The position numbers were made by a program, and so were the translations under genes. A stretch of 57,560 bases of DNA, the filler included, from Circinaria calcarea (Eukaryota): the NCBI GenBank assembly GCA_051942165.1. It is 8 parts of 8 records of this genome, joined end to end, with 100 filler letters (N's around TTAATTAATTAA, not from the genome) between each part and the next. Parts side by side here need not be neighbours in the genome. Positions count along the whole stretch, not along the records: positions 1 to 7,124 come from JAVECS010001404.1; positions 7,225 to 14,345 come from JAVECS010001405.1; 6 more parts are not named here. One strand, given 5' to 3'. The notes beneath the pieces are model-generated. The model searched no databases, was not told where the DNA came from, and worked only from the letters and a program-made list of their open reading frames with translations. Shown here piece after piece: positions 1 to 12,663 of the stretch (position 1 is the stretch's first letter; each line of letters starts with the position of its first letter).

Positions 1-1664
1 ACAACCAGAGCTTGGGAGTCGAGTACATTGCCGCTATCTTCCCAGCCACCAAGAATGATACGCTTGTCCACAGGCTGCTGGAAATCGGGAAGACATTCAA
101 CCTTCCCAGGCGACTCTGAGCAGTACAGAAGCTTTTCCTGCCATTGGTCGGGGTGCACATTTGCAAAGGATCCACCAAAATAGGCTGTCAGGGATTGCAC
201 CACACATGCATCTCCTGTTGGTTTGAAACAGATGTCGTCAAATGTGATACTAGTGTTGAGTACTTGATGCCTTCGTATTTGGCTCTCTACATCGAACCAC
301 CATGCTAGTGTCTCATAACTTAGCACCGGACCCGGCCCCGAAGGAAGAGTGTCATTGACCAAGAAAACTTGCTCCGTTCGATAGAATGGTCCGAAGTTGT
401 CATCAAAAAAGGTCTTTTCTTGTGCAGCGGCCGAGGATGGGCTGACCCATAACCGGACTGGATCGGTCTCAATTTCAAAACTCATCCAGCCTAGACTTAA
501 CAGAGCAACAATGATGATACTAATGCCGATGGTGGTAAAGGGGAATCTAGCACATAAACCTCCTAACTTGCTGAAAGCTCCGTCAAAGAAAGAGTTCAGG
601 CGGTAGCGCTTCTGTGGGCGATCCAGGTACCCAGCATTGTGCACCACGTCTCCTTCATCTTCATCGTCACTGGGCGCTGCATCCTGTAATAGCTGCAGCC
701 TTTCACTTTGGCGCTGGCTGTGCCTTTGATACGCAATATGGCCTGATACCATTGTAACGAATAGAAGAAGAAATACACCATAGATCAGAATTACTGAAAA
801 GGAGAGACATGGCAATTTACCAACATGGCAGCTTTCTTGGTTTACCAACTCTGGAAGTTCTGGGCAGGCTGCAGGGCAGTCAACGCAAGCGCACCGGTAT
901 GAAGCATCCGAATCATTGCAGGATCTGGATATCGGATCTGCAGCACTCATCCCATCTATTTCTAGACCCGCAGGCCTTGGGAAGTTGATCTGAAAGGGAC
1001 TTCCGAGGAACTTTTTATCGCCTAGGAATTTGAGGAAAGATGTATAGTTCTTAGCCCCTCCGCCAATGAAGGCCATTGCCGTTCCACCAGTCGCACCAAA
1101 CTTGACGTCTTTGCAACTGTCATAGAATCTTTTCCCGTAATTATCTGACCACAGGTTATCCAGTTCTGTAACGATAGGCTTTTTGGTTGTGGATTCGGCT
1201 GTAGCCGTTACGTTGACGAACAACGACTGGTCTGGCGAACATGTGAAGGTACAGAACAGGTTGAAAAAGTTCTCTTTACACGCCGGGCAGGCAGAGATAA
1301 AGGATTCGGCGGCCTTCAGGTTGCTACCCAAGGCTTCTACCTGTAACTCATCAGCTCATGCGCCGGCAAAGGTAGATTTGCTCAACCCGACCTGTTCACC
1401 ATCACAGCATGTAGGCCCTTCACTCCATTTGTCCCCACATATTCCTATGAGCTTCTTCCTCGTTGCCTCGGATGGATCTTGCGCGAGCCCGTTATCTAGG
1501 CATGGAAGAGGCTTACCGAAGAAGCCTTGTTTCCCACACTCGCCACGGATAGCGCATCTGCCTTTTTCGTGTTTTGGTGTTGTTACGTCAAGTTGCGCTG
1601 TAGTAAGTAGTCCCCAGAAAGTTATGAGCGCAAGCAAGAGCTCCAGCAGTCGAAAGTTCGCCAT
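1..1664 (-). CDS. NCR1: Niemann-Pick C1-like sterol transport protein, 5' part (3' end lies outside the window)
   Basis: ATG at 1664 gives signal peptide MANFRLLELLLALITFWG, then the Cys-rich NPC1 N-terminal domain (GRCAIRGECGKQGFFGKPLPC, CPACKENFFNLFCTFTCSPDQSLFVNVT). GT-AG intron 1341-1391. Downstream FFDDNFGPFYRTEQVF motif. Confidence 0.92.
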
Positions 1665-2514
1665 CAGCTTACAAGCCAAGGCCTATGGGCTGTGTTGATT
1701 ATATCCGAGAACGAGATTAATAGGGGAAAAGTGCACCTGTTATTTTTGGTGATAGTGATCATGCGATGGTTGAGAATGGTAGCGTGTGGGAGGTGCTGTT
1801 ACCGGGTGTGACCCGGGCAAAGAAAGGGTTGTGTAATGACCAGAAGGATCTGTTTCATCAACTGAAGCTAAGCTATACTTGTTAGGTACTGTTGTATATG
1901 GCGGCTGTGATGCTAGTATATATGTATTGATGCAAATGAGTGTTTCTTCTGATCTTATACAATGTCATGAGATTCCTCTCATTGATGGCCGCTCTGACGC
2001 GCGGGTCCTTTTAAAAAGGCTCTGACGTGTGTTTATCCCGGAGTGGCTAAGGTAAGTAGCCTAGCTCATCTGGGGAAACGCCACAGCTTAGGTACTTGCA
2101 CGCTGAGCAGAGCCCCAAGCGTATGCACATGTATTCATGGTTTATTACGAAACAAGCGAATCAAGATATGTCACGGGAGCTGATGTTCTGAGACTTTTAT
2201 TGCAAGATATTCACCAGCAATTGCTTTTCAATTGACCAGATAGAATACATGGGAATCCCTTTCAAATACACAAAGTGCAATCCCAGCCAAATGACCATCT
2301 GTCTGCCCTCGATGATCAGAACAGCTGAGCTGTGCATGTAACAGATGCAAAGCCTTGCCAAGCCCGTGTCAACCTCCATGGGCTTCACCATGGCGACACT
2401 CCATGCGTAAATCAGCAGCGCTTAGTCTAACTCTAGTTGTGCAAATGAGAAAACGGACAAGACATGGGAAAGCCCGCGGCGGTCCACTCATTTCATTCCG
2501 CATGGGCCAAGGAT

Positions 2515-5098
2515 CTAAGACGCCTCGACGCCTGTACTAGCGGCTGCAGTAGAAGTAGCGGGCGCTGATGCCGCTGGGGTGGAGTTTTCTTCCCCTCCTG
2601 ATGCCGTCTTGTTGTTGAAGCTGCCTCTCCCGGCTCCACGACCTCCTCGTCCCCCACGCTCGTTCCCTCTGCCACGTCCACGCCCGGTGAAACCTCCGCG
2701 TCCACGCCCACCTTCGCTGTCACTAGCACCACTCTGATAGCCACCTCTTTGACCTGGTCCAGCGCCTCCTCGATTGCTCGCTTGCCATGCGCCAGCGCCT
2801 TGACCGCTCTGACCGTCACGTGGCTGGAAGTTGGTGCGTTGGCCGCCTCGATCATCATACCACTTCACATTAGGCTTCCGCGGCTGTCCAGCTGCAGGCG
2901 GCCCAGAACCACGCTTGTGCTCGATTGGTTGACGATCTAGAGCGGCTCGTGCTTGCTCATAAGAGTTAAAATGAACGACATGGTTTGATTTACCATGCTT
3001 TTCAATGCGTACAATGTTTGTCTTATCTTCGTCGGAGAAAATATCGCGTACCGCAGCCTCATTCTCGAGATTATGAATGAACAAACCAGTGCTAGGTTTC
3101 TTTTCCGCAGCGGGAGAAGCTGGTTTGTTAGCAGGTGGTGCATTTGCTTTATCAGGTGCAGTCCCATTTCGCACTTCTGTAGCTTGCGCAGGTGCAGCTG
3201 GCTTATCAGTCGCGGCTAGAGGAGGCATATTAACCGCGGTACCTGATGGTTGTGGCGTGGCAGGCTTGACTTGAGCTGGAACTGCGGCCGGCGCCGGCGA
3301 AGGCGCAGATCGAGAAGGTCCAGTCGGAGGCTTGTTCTGCTGCTGTAATTGAGGGGCTGTTTGCTGTTGGCTTCGTGTGTGCTGGTTTGGCTGTTGGCCC
3401 TGATTCTGATTCTGATTTTGATTCTGGCTCTGGCTCTGGCTTGGGCTCTGGTTAATTTGCTGACTTGACTGGGTAGACGGGGCGACTGGTTGGCGACTCT
3501 GAGCAGGGCCAGTTGGTGCTGTAGGAGGGGTCATGCTTGTACCTCCTTGCATAATAGCATTAGTTGGGCCAGGTTGCGCCGGAGTTTGTACTGGTTGAGT
3601 GACTTGCTTGCCGCTAGCGCCTCGGTGAGCGAAGTTGAAGCCCTGAGCTCTCATTTCTGTGCCAATCCGTCCACCTTCAACCTCTAGTACGAGATAACCA
3701 AATGCAGCGTCAGCAAGGTTGAAATTCCACATATTCTTAAATGCACTTTCATCTACTTGCCCACCAGCATTTTGTCCAGGTACAGATCCACCAAATGGAT
3801 TACCGCCGTTAGCTACAGTTGGCATCTTCTGAACAATGTCGAGGGCGTTGCTCAATAATTGCTGCTGAGCTTCATTTTGAGAAACCGCTGGCTCCACCTC
3901 ACTCTTGACAGTTTCCCAAACATCATTAAACGATGCTTTAGATGCCGCCAGCTTGCCGCGATAGTGATCCAATGTGGGATTGACACTGAATTCGTTGTAT
4001 GAGCTACCATACCGGAAATGAAGCCCGGCAGAAATGGAAAAATCCGCTTTTAAGGTTACAGAAAGCTGGTTCAGAAGCCCTTCTCGCGCAGGCGAAGCAT
4101 GAGTAATGAAAACACGTGTCTCTGTGGGATCGTAGACTCGATTGGCGGTGTCGACTAATTCGCCCATCTGAAGCAGAGTGGTCCACATGGTGCCTTGACC
4201 ACCGGCAATCGTCGTCCTGCCCTCACCATTGTCAAATAGCTTATGCATGACAACAGCACCTCCTAAGCCTAGTAGCCGAAGCTTGATCCCACCAACATCT
4301 AAAAGTCTTGAGCTGGCCTCATCGATGATGTGAAGGTTATTGACTTTATAATCTCCAGATCGAAACTTTTCTAAGACACGCACATCTTCGCAGGCGCCCC
4401 AGACGGTATAAACAGGTACATCTAACTTCAGCTGCCCACTTAAATAGAGGGGTAATTCCGAAAGAGGCAACTGATCAGGTGGAAATCGTTGTTTCAGGCT
4501 GGATTGCTGAGGAGTGAAGCTTTGTATTTGCCGCTTAATGGTTTCAGTGAGAAGTGGCGAGTACTGTGCGACATGCTTTAAAGTTCTAACAGCCCACGTT
4601 CAGTGTCCCATACTGCTGGAAGTCTCAATGCGACTGAGTCCACTCACTTTTCGGCGATACGCTCTAATGAGCTCTCGTCGTAGAATCCGAAATCACCAGT
4701 GTGTATGATGTGGTCGGCCCGCGCTTGCTTTGCCAATTCATTCAAGGATTTCAGGTTGCCTGGAGTACGCAAAACGGTCGATGGTTAACCCCAGCTGTGC
4801 CATTTCGAGTAAGTCGAATGGTAGTATGAACTGACCTCGAACGTCTGCCACGCAGAGGATCCTGACAGCGCCATTCTGAATCACGCGACCGTTATTCGGA
4901 AGGAGGGGTGAAGCTGTGGAACCAGCTGGAGCGCCACCTTGAGGACCGCTCGCGCCATTCGGAAGGTAGCTTTGGTTGTTGAAAGGATGCGGGCGTGGCT
5001 GGACTGACGTGTTAGCCAAACCAGTCATAGTTCAAGTGTGCAGTAGTCAAATCGTGTTCGATCTGAGCATCATGAAGATCTAGACTTACGGAGGCCAT
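2515..5098 (-). CDS. Calcineurin-like metallophosphoesterase-fold protein with Q/N-rich linker, RRM-like domain and C-terminal RGG tract (probably the fungal DUF2433-type family)
   Basis: Micro-exon ATGGCCTCC (5098-5090) followed by a GTAAGT intron. Motifs RILCVADVRG, IIHTGDFGFYD, VYTVWGACED, FITHASP, ISAGLH. RRM-like GLFIHNL...NHVVHFNSYEQARAAL. RGG repeats at 2640-2750. Confidence 0.8.
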
Positions 5099-7124
5099 GA
5101 GTTCGATTATTAATTGAAGATTGGATGATGGCAACGGTCGGAGTTGAGCTGAGGCAATGCGCGCTTCTGAAGATGTCGTAAAATTGGTTGTAACACAATG
5201 TGGAAGGTACAAGAGTACGTGATGATGGAAGAGAGGGTGAGTATCAGGGTGAGAGCGATTGAAGTCCTGCAGAGAGTTTGAATGATGTATGGCTACGGGG
5301 TTTTTTCTAAACTTTTCGGTTGCGCGCTAAACAAGCCGCGCTAATAGCGCCAAGAAGCGAGGACTTTCACCATCAAGGTGAACTCTCGACTCGAACTTTT
5401 GCTGTGAAGGTTCGGTTACTTGATGATTGAGGGCTTTCTGTCAATGGCACGGCTGGCATCGGAGGGCTCGTGGCTCTCTTACTCTGTTACAGTGTCCGCC
5501 AAATTCCTTCCTTAACTACATTGCAATTGCTTCTTGATCGGAGAGCTGCACAGCATCCGTATGTGGATGTCAGCGAGTTCTTAAGCCTGTCTCAACAGTA
5601 ACATGTCGCAAGATGTCATGGTCTTGTTCTTAGATCTTATTAAAGCTAGGGCAATGCCCATTCACCCCGTAATCCGAAGTTACATTTTGTGGTACTACCT
5701 AGGGTTATACCAGCTTCATATATCTGCATGTGAGCAGGCTCAATGGTGACCTTTACTATTTTTGTTACGCTATTTCTCTGTCTGTTGAACTTGATGTATA
5801 ATGGGAAGGGAACAGAGCCAGCCGTTACCTTTCTGAAAAGTACATAGGCGTTTGTGTCATGTTGCCGATAAACTGCCCCGGATGATTATTCTATTGATTG
5901 AATGCATCTTTGACTTTTTTTTATCCCTCCAAAACGTCTTCCAACACACCTTGATGCTTATCAGTCAAAATCATGGAGTCCCATGTACTGCTCTTGTGAG
6001 AGGGGGATCATGGAAGTCTGCTCTTATATCTTCGTAGAAGACAGCTCTTTTATAGAGGCGGCGGCAGAAAAAAATCCTAGATATACAGTAAGATCTTACC
6101 CAGCAGTAAGCAGCATCTTTCAATTCCACGTATGATACCAAATGAGAACCAAACTATAAGATCCTTTATAGAAGTACTCACGCCCGAGCACGAACAGCGT
6201 ACTGCCTACTATTCTTCCTCTACATAGTTGTATATTGACCACAATCCCCAAGAGCTTAGGTATCACAAATTCTTACGGCGGTATCAGTTGCTTTGAAGCA
6301 TTTCAAAAATCTACCGATTTATACGTTAGCCGGCCTCTGGATGGCTGTGGTTCAATGCGTTCTCTAGTTTCCTTGTGTTGACATCGAAGTCTCTGGACCA
6401 GATATTTTCGCAGGTCGTGGTTTTCAAGATAATGAGACTTCCTGGTGCACGGTTTCTTTGGACAAAATGTTTCTCGTCTCTTTGTTCTTGTATGAGATTG
6501 GACCCCAACTGTGAGCTCCTCACAGCCTGTCACATCCTAGCATCCGCTTACGGAGGATGTTCCCGGACCACACATCCTTAGTCTGTAGCTTCTCCCGTGG
6601 ATAGGCAACATACTCGAGTAGAGATATGCTAACGAGGAAGGCGATGATTTTCGAACACTCCTACGCGAGGTGTTTTCAGGAAATCTATGCTCCCATTGGA
6701 TAGTGGCAATGTTAGGTAATGTGTCAGCTACCGGCAGTTTAATTCATCCAGCAATGCTATTCACTGTACCTGTGTCATGCCATGGAGGACTACTTAGGAG
6801 CCAGTTCTACTGCTGAGTCTTTCTTCCTTCTCCTTCATCCACCACCAATTCTATCTCAAGTACAGTACTCTTCCATCACTACGGTCTCATCCAACTTCCT
6901 GTTCCTCCTCAGAAGTTTACACTGCTCAAGAGTATCAGGCATCAAACTTGATCCTAATCTCAACCTCTTGTCGAAGGCAGAAGCCATTCAGTATGCCGCC
7001 CTTTGGTAGGCCTGCGATAAGCAGTCATCCCCTGGATGACGCTTTCAAGAGAATCAAGATGCTCAACCAAAACGGTTGTAATAACGGCGGCGTATTTGTC
7101 GTCATTCATCGAAGCTCCGGCCGG

Positions 7125-7224
7125 NNNNNNNNNNNNNNNNNNNNNNNNNNNNNNNNNNNNNNNNNNNNTTAATTAATTAANNNNNNNNNNNNNNNNNNNN
7201 NNNNNNNNNNNNNNNNNNNNNNNN
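7125..7224. other. Artificial contig linker (44 N + TTAATTAATTAA + 44 N)
   Basis: Identical 100-bp spacer with stop codons in all six frames, repeated 7 times in the window. Confidence 0.98.
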
Positions 7225-7252
7225 CACCCAGTACAGTGGGATCGCCATTGAA

Positions 7253-9500
7253 ATGTCTTCTGCAACAACGGTGTTACCTGTGGGAATTGGATACGGTGTC
7301 GTAGTGGGCATTGGCTTTTTCTTCGCAGCTGTCATGGTCGGAATCTCTTTCATCCAGGCAAGTCAATCGATTCCGGTCTTAAGGTGAAACAGCTAATGGC
7401 CTAGAATCGATATACTATGTACTCAACTAAGATGAGCGAAGAGTTCAACACTGCAAGTCGAAGTGTCCGGCCTGGTTTGATCGCCAGTGGGATCGTATCA
7501 GCATGGACCTGGGCAGCTACGCTTCTTCAGAGCAGTACGGTTGCCTATCAATATGGTATCGCCGGTCCATTTTGGGTGAGAGCACTTGCTTGTTCGGCGA
7601 AACCCCCAGGCTAATACGGTCTTTGGCAGTATGCGGCTGGTGCCACTGTGCAGATTCTCCTGTTCTCGGTCCTTGCATGCAAGGTAAAGCAAAATGCTCC
7701 CAGATGCCATACATATTTGGAGATTATCTACGCGCGTTATGGTGCTGTAGCACATTGGGTCTTCATATTCTTCGCACTCTTAACCAATGTTTTGGTCGGT
7801 AGTCAGCTACTGCTGGGAGGCAGCGCAGTTGTTACTTCACTGACAGGCATGAACGTTTATGCGGCGATTTTCCTAATTCCGCTTGGAGTCTGTAAGTTGT
7901 CTATCGTAATCTATCTTTTATAATCTAGAAGCTAATGTGACTGGCATGCAGGCGTTTACGTGGTCCTTGGTGGTCTTCGTGCTACATTCCTATGTATGTG
8001 GCTGTCCCCTGCCTCGAACTACATTGACGCTATTGAGCTCATCGCTGCGCTACAGGTGACTATTCTCACACCCTAATCCTCATGGTGATCATTCTCTATT
8101 TCATGTTCTCTACTTATAGCACAAATCCCCTTATCGGTTCTCCCTCGGCCATGTACGAGCTCCTTAAGGAAGCGACCGTCAAACGTCCCGTAGCCGGAAA
8201 TCAAGGAGGCTCTTATGTTACCATGAAGTCAAACTATGCTCTTGTATTCGGGGTGATTCAACTATGTTCCGGAAGCGGTACGGTCTTCCTCGACCAAGCG
8301 TACTGGCAGAGAGCGATTGCCAGTCGTCCTACAACTGCCGTTCGGGCATATATCCTCGGAGGATTGGCGTGGTTTGCTATTCCTTTTGGATTTGCCACCA
8401 CGCTAGGATTAGCTGCGGTTGCTCTCACAGATAATCCTAGTTTTCCAACTTACCCGAATGTCATGTCTCAAGCAGAAGTCACGGCGGGATTGGCCTCCCC
8501 TTTTGCCGCCGCAGCTCTGTTGGGAAAAGGTGGTGCCGTGGCCCTCCTTATTGTTCTTTTTATGGCAGTAACGTCCTGTGCTTCCGCGGAGCTTATAGCT
8601 GTGTCCTCGGTTCTCACATTCGATATTTACAAGACCTACGTTAAACCAAGGGCGACACCGGCGCAACTCATCTTCATCTCTCACGTCATGATCTGTGTTT
8701 TTGGCTTAACCATGGCTATCTTTGCCTGTATCTGGAACGCGATTGGCATCAATCTCGGCTGGCTCTTCTTAGTCATGGGTCTGCTTATCGGCGGTGCCGT
8801 ATTCCCTGCGGCTTTCGCAATTACCTGGAGAGGACAGACCAGAGCCGGGGCCATTGCTGGCGCTACTACTGGGTTGTTTGCTGGACTTATTTCGTGGCTT
8901 GTTACGGCGAAGCTATACTACGGGGCTTTGACAGTTTCCACAACCGGAATGGAATACCCTACGTTGGCTGGCAATCTTGCTGCGATAATAACAGGCCTGA
9001 TTGTCTCTGTTGCCGTCTCGCTGAGCAGACCCATCCCCTTTGACTGGGAAACCACGCGCTCAATTAACGCTCTTAGTACTAGTACTAGTACTATACAGGA
9101 CGCGTCTACCAATCAACATCTTCCAAACATGCAAGACAAAGAGAAGGAAAGGCAAGAATCCAACCATGGGAATCTTCCGACTATACGAGACGAAGAGAAG
9201 CAAATGCAAGAGGATGAGGCTGGCCTAGAAGAACCATCTAAGCTGAAGAGCGCATTCAAGGTGGCAGTCATAGCTTCGGTTTCACTTACATTTATCATGG
9301 ATTTTCTAATCCCCATACCCATGTTCTTGTCCCATTATATCTTTTCGCGAGGATTTTTCACTGCCTGGGTAGTCATCTCGTTTATCTGGGTATTCTGTTC
9401 GGCAGCGATATCCATAGTCCTCCCGATTGTGGAGGCGTTAGGATTCTTTAGGGGACTAGTAGAGGACATACGCCGAGGAAAGAAAGGTGGTTACAGATGA
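7253..9500 (+). CDS. DUR3: Urea/polyamine active transporter (sodium:solute symporter family)
   Basis: [58 protein letters not shown] and [18 protein letters not shown] are DUR3-family motifs. Multi-exon; the first intron 7358-7404 is GC-AG. Confidence 0.93.
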
Positions 9501-9858
9501 ATATCCCATGCCACATCCAAAGAAGTCGGCCGACGTCCTAGAGAAAGTCATAGAGTATACATAGAACCAGACTCAGCCGGCTAGAAAATGGAATGTATAC
9601 GTAGACTATATCACATCTATCTGAAATCGTAGATGATCAGCTAGATACTGCAAAGCTACCGGTATAAGGAGAACGAGGTCATGAAGTGCCTACACAAATG
9701 AAGAGAAACAGTCACATGATATGAAATCAGGACAAATGGGGTGAGCCTTGTCGGCGGCGCGGTTGAATATTAGTCCGCTCGGAATGGCTTCAGTAGGCCT
9801 GAGATGTGAAAACCTACCTACAATTCTCACGTAACAAAACCTTTACTCGTACGGCAAC

Positions 9859-11804
9859 ATGTCTACTCTAGCTGATGAGCTACTGAACGACTTTGAAGAT
9901 TCTGGCTCAGAAGGTGAAGGTGATCAGCAAAATGGGTTTCTTCAAGATCAGTCAATGCCCGCTACGAACGGCTTGAAGGAGCAGCAGGATGTCTTCACCG
10001 AGATGGACGTTGATGAAGAGGAGGAGGATGAAGATGAAGAGATGCGAAACCGAGATACGGGGCAGATCAACGCATTAGCAGATGCCGATGACGAGGAAGA
10101 AGCGAAGGCCAAGGTCGAGAAGATGCAGCTTGGTGGTGTCAATGATGTGAGGAGTGTAGCCGGTCTTATGAAGACCTTGGAACCAGTATTAGAGGTTTGT
10201 CTCCCATTCCATCCTCTACCTCCTTGCTAGTCTTTCGAAGTCCGAGGTTTACATCAGTTTGTGGACATAGCCCTGACGTCCTGCGTCGCCTCCAGAAAAT
10301 CGCACACTATCAATCATTGCCATCAGGGAAGCAAACTATTAACGTCGGATCCATCGAGGATAACCCTGAATATCATCTTCTCACCCAATCCAATACGCTG
10401 TCAACGTCAATAGATAACGAGATTATCCTCGTACATAAGTTTATTCGAGATCACTACTCTGTCCGCTTCCCAGAACTGGAAACGCTCGTCACAAACCCCC
10501 TTGAGTACGCTAAAGCGGTCGCCATCATTGGGAATGGTCCTATGGATAATATCAAGGAAATAGCGCAAAAGACGGATAACATGGTTGGCGTAGCTTTGAA
10601 GTCTATTCTCGTCCCTGCTACATTAATGGTGGTGACTGTAGAAGGCACGACGACGAGAGGACGAGACATGACACCATCTGAGTTACAGACCGTTATGACT
10701 GCATGTGAAATGAGTTTGGCCCTCGACCGGGCAAAAAGTATTTTGACCGAATACGTCCAGTCTCGTATGAATGTTTTCGCGCCAAATTTGACCGCTCTCA
10801 TCGGATCTCTCACCGCCGCTCAACTCCTAAACTTTGCTGGAGGCTTGACGGGTCTAGCCAAAACTCCAGCCTGCAACATTCCACCTCTCGGGTCTAAAAA
10901 ACAGTCTCAGACAGGTTTTGCTACTAACGTTGGCGTTCGTCATCAAGGCTTCCTATACCACTCTCCTATCATCCGCGGCATACCGAATGACTACAAACGA
11001 CAGGCAATGCGTATTGTTTCTGCCAAGGTGGTCCTGGCCGCACGGGTGGATCGAGTACATAGCAGCCTTGATGGCGCAACTGGTGAAGAGCTCAAGCAGG
11101 ACTGTTTAGATAGATTGGAGAAACTGACAGAACCTCCGCCGAATAAAGGGGCGCGTGCATTACCTGCACCAGATGACAAACCATCTCGCAAGCGTGGTGG
11201 ACGAAGGGCTCGTAAAGCCAAGGAGGCCACAGCAATGACAGATCTTCGTAAAGCACAGAATAGGATGGCATTTGGCAGGGAGGAAAAAGAAGTTGGTTAC
11301 GGTACTGGTGAGGGTACGAAGGGTCTGGGTATGATTGGACAAGCCAATGAAGGCCGGATTCGAAGCCTTCAGATCGACCAGCGTACGAAAGCAAAACTCA
11401 GTAAATCGAACAAAGGCTGGGGTGGAGCTACACCAACTGGTGGGACCGCTTCATCTCTTCGTGGCTTTGGGCAAGGTGCAGGAAACTCGACAGTCTTACG
11501 TGCTCATGGATTGAGATCTTCAGGGGTTGGGTCGACAGCTGGAGCAGGTGCGGGTACGGCAAGTTCATTAGCATTTACTCCTGTCCAAGGTTTGGAGTTG
11601 GTGGATCCTAAGGCGCAATTGGAGTTGAAGAGAAAGAGAGATGCCGAAGATGACAGATGGTTCAAAGGCGGGACATTTACACAAGTCGGAAACCAGAGTG
11701 TAATGAACGGAGAAGGTAGCAATGGAGGATTCAAGGTTCCACAGCTTCCCGCTAGGGGAAAGGTGAATGGAAGTATGGGACCGCCGCCGCCAAAAAAGGA
11801 ATGA
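9859..11804 (+). CDS. PRP31: U4/U6.U5 tri-snRNP splicing factor Prp31 (NOSIC/Nop domain)
   Basis: MSTLADELLNDFED, HKFIRDHYSVRFPELETLV, APNLTALIGS, KRGGRRARKAKE, RKAQNRMAFG, GTASSLAFTPVQGLELVDP. Intron 10195-10295 joins the two ORFs in frame. Confidence 0.96.
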
Positions 11805-12663
11805 GCGGTAGGTGTTATAGGGTCTTTGCACAGCACTGGCGCCTTGGGATGAAGGAAAAATTTGCTGGCGTTGAGGGGAATACCCTAACTTTGACTTCGC
11901 ACCGGCTACATGCGAAGAACATAGCTGTGAGTGGACGGTAAGCGAACTCGTTTACTTCGGTCCTGAAATGTGATTATTGTGTCGAAATCTACACAGCTAA
12001 AGAATAATCCAACACTCGCCGCTTGCCCAGAGCTTCTTCGTTGACACAGCACAAGTATAACCTGTTATCGCATGGCCCAACACTCAAAGATATGTGTATC
12101 TCCTCTGGTGTACATAGCGCGAGAGCCTTTGAAGCTATTTGCTCCTGTTCCTTACCTCGCAAGATAAGCCATTGCGAGCTCTTCTATTCCACTTGACATC
12201 CGTGATTCAGGTCCTGTCTGTTCTTGAGATAATCTACTGTCTTACCATACTGGTGGATGGTTCTAACATACTTCATATCCTCAACTATCATGTTGATTGG
12301 GGTTGTGTGTTGTCTTCGTTCAACAACTGCAGAACTGCATTCAACCGAGTCTCTACTTTGCAAAAGGCGCCATCCGAGTACATCTACACCAAGTACCTCT
12401 CAACGCAGTTCTCATCCATTTAACGTTATCAACAACACAAAGTTCTTCCTGCCAAGTTTCGTATGTTTTGACACCGGCAGGAGACACTTCAAAAGCTCTG
12501 CTAATTTTTTCCAGATCCTAACCCACTGCCCCGTTCTTTCTGCTCGTATTAGCATTTGGTCTCGAGTCTGGATGGATAGCTTGCGGACAGTGCATCTACA
12601 CTAAACTCCCTGAGAGTTACACAGATACTAAGGCCGTCACCTAGCTGCTGGTTAGCCGCCAAA

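Noticed and set aside
5200..7124. Short ORFs upstream of the phosphoesterase gene
   Set aside because: No coherent exon chain or recognisable domain; treated as intergenic.
7169..7180. Recurrent TTAATTAATTAA at ~7.2 kb periodicity as a biological repeat or CRISPR-like element
   Set aside because: It is always embedded in 44+44 Ns and is a synthetic six-frame-stop contig spacer.
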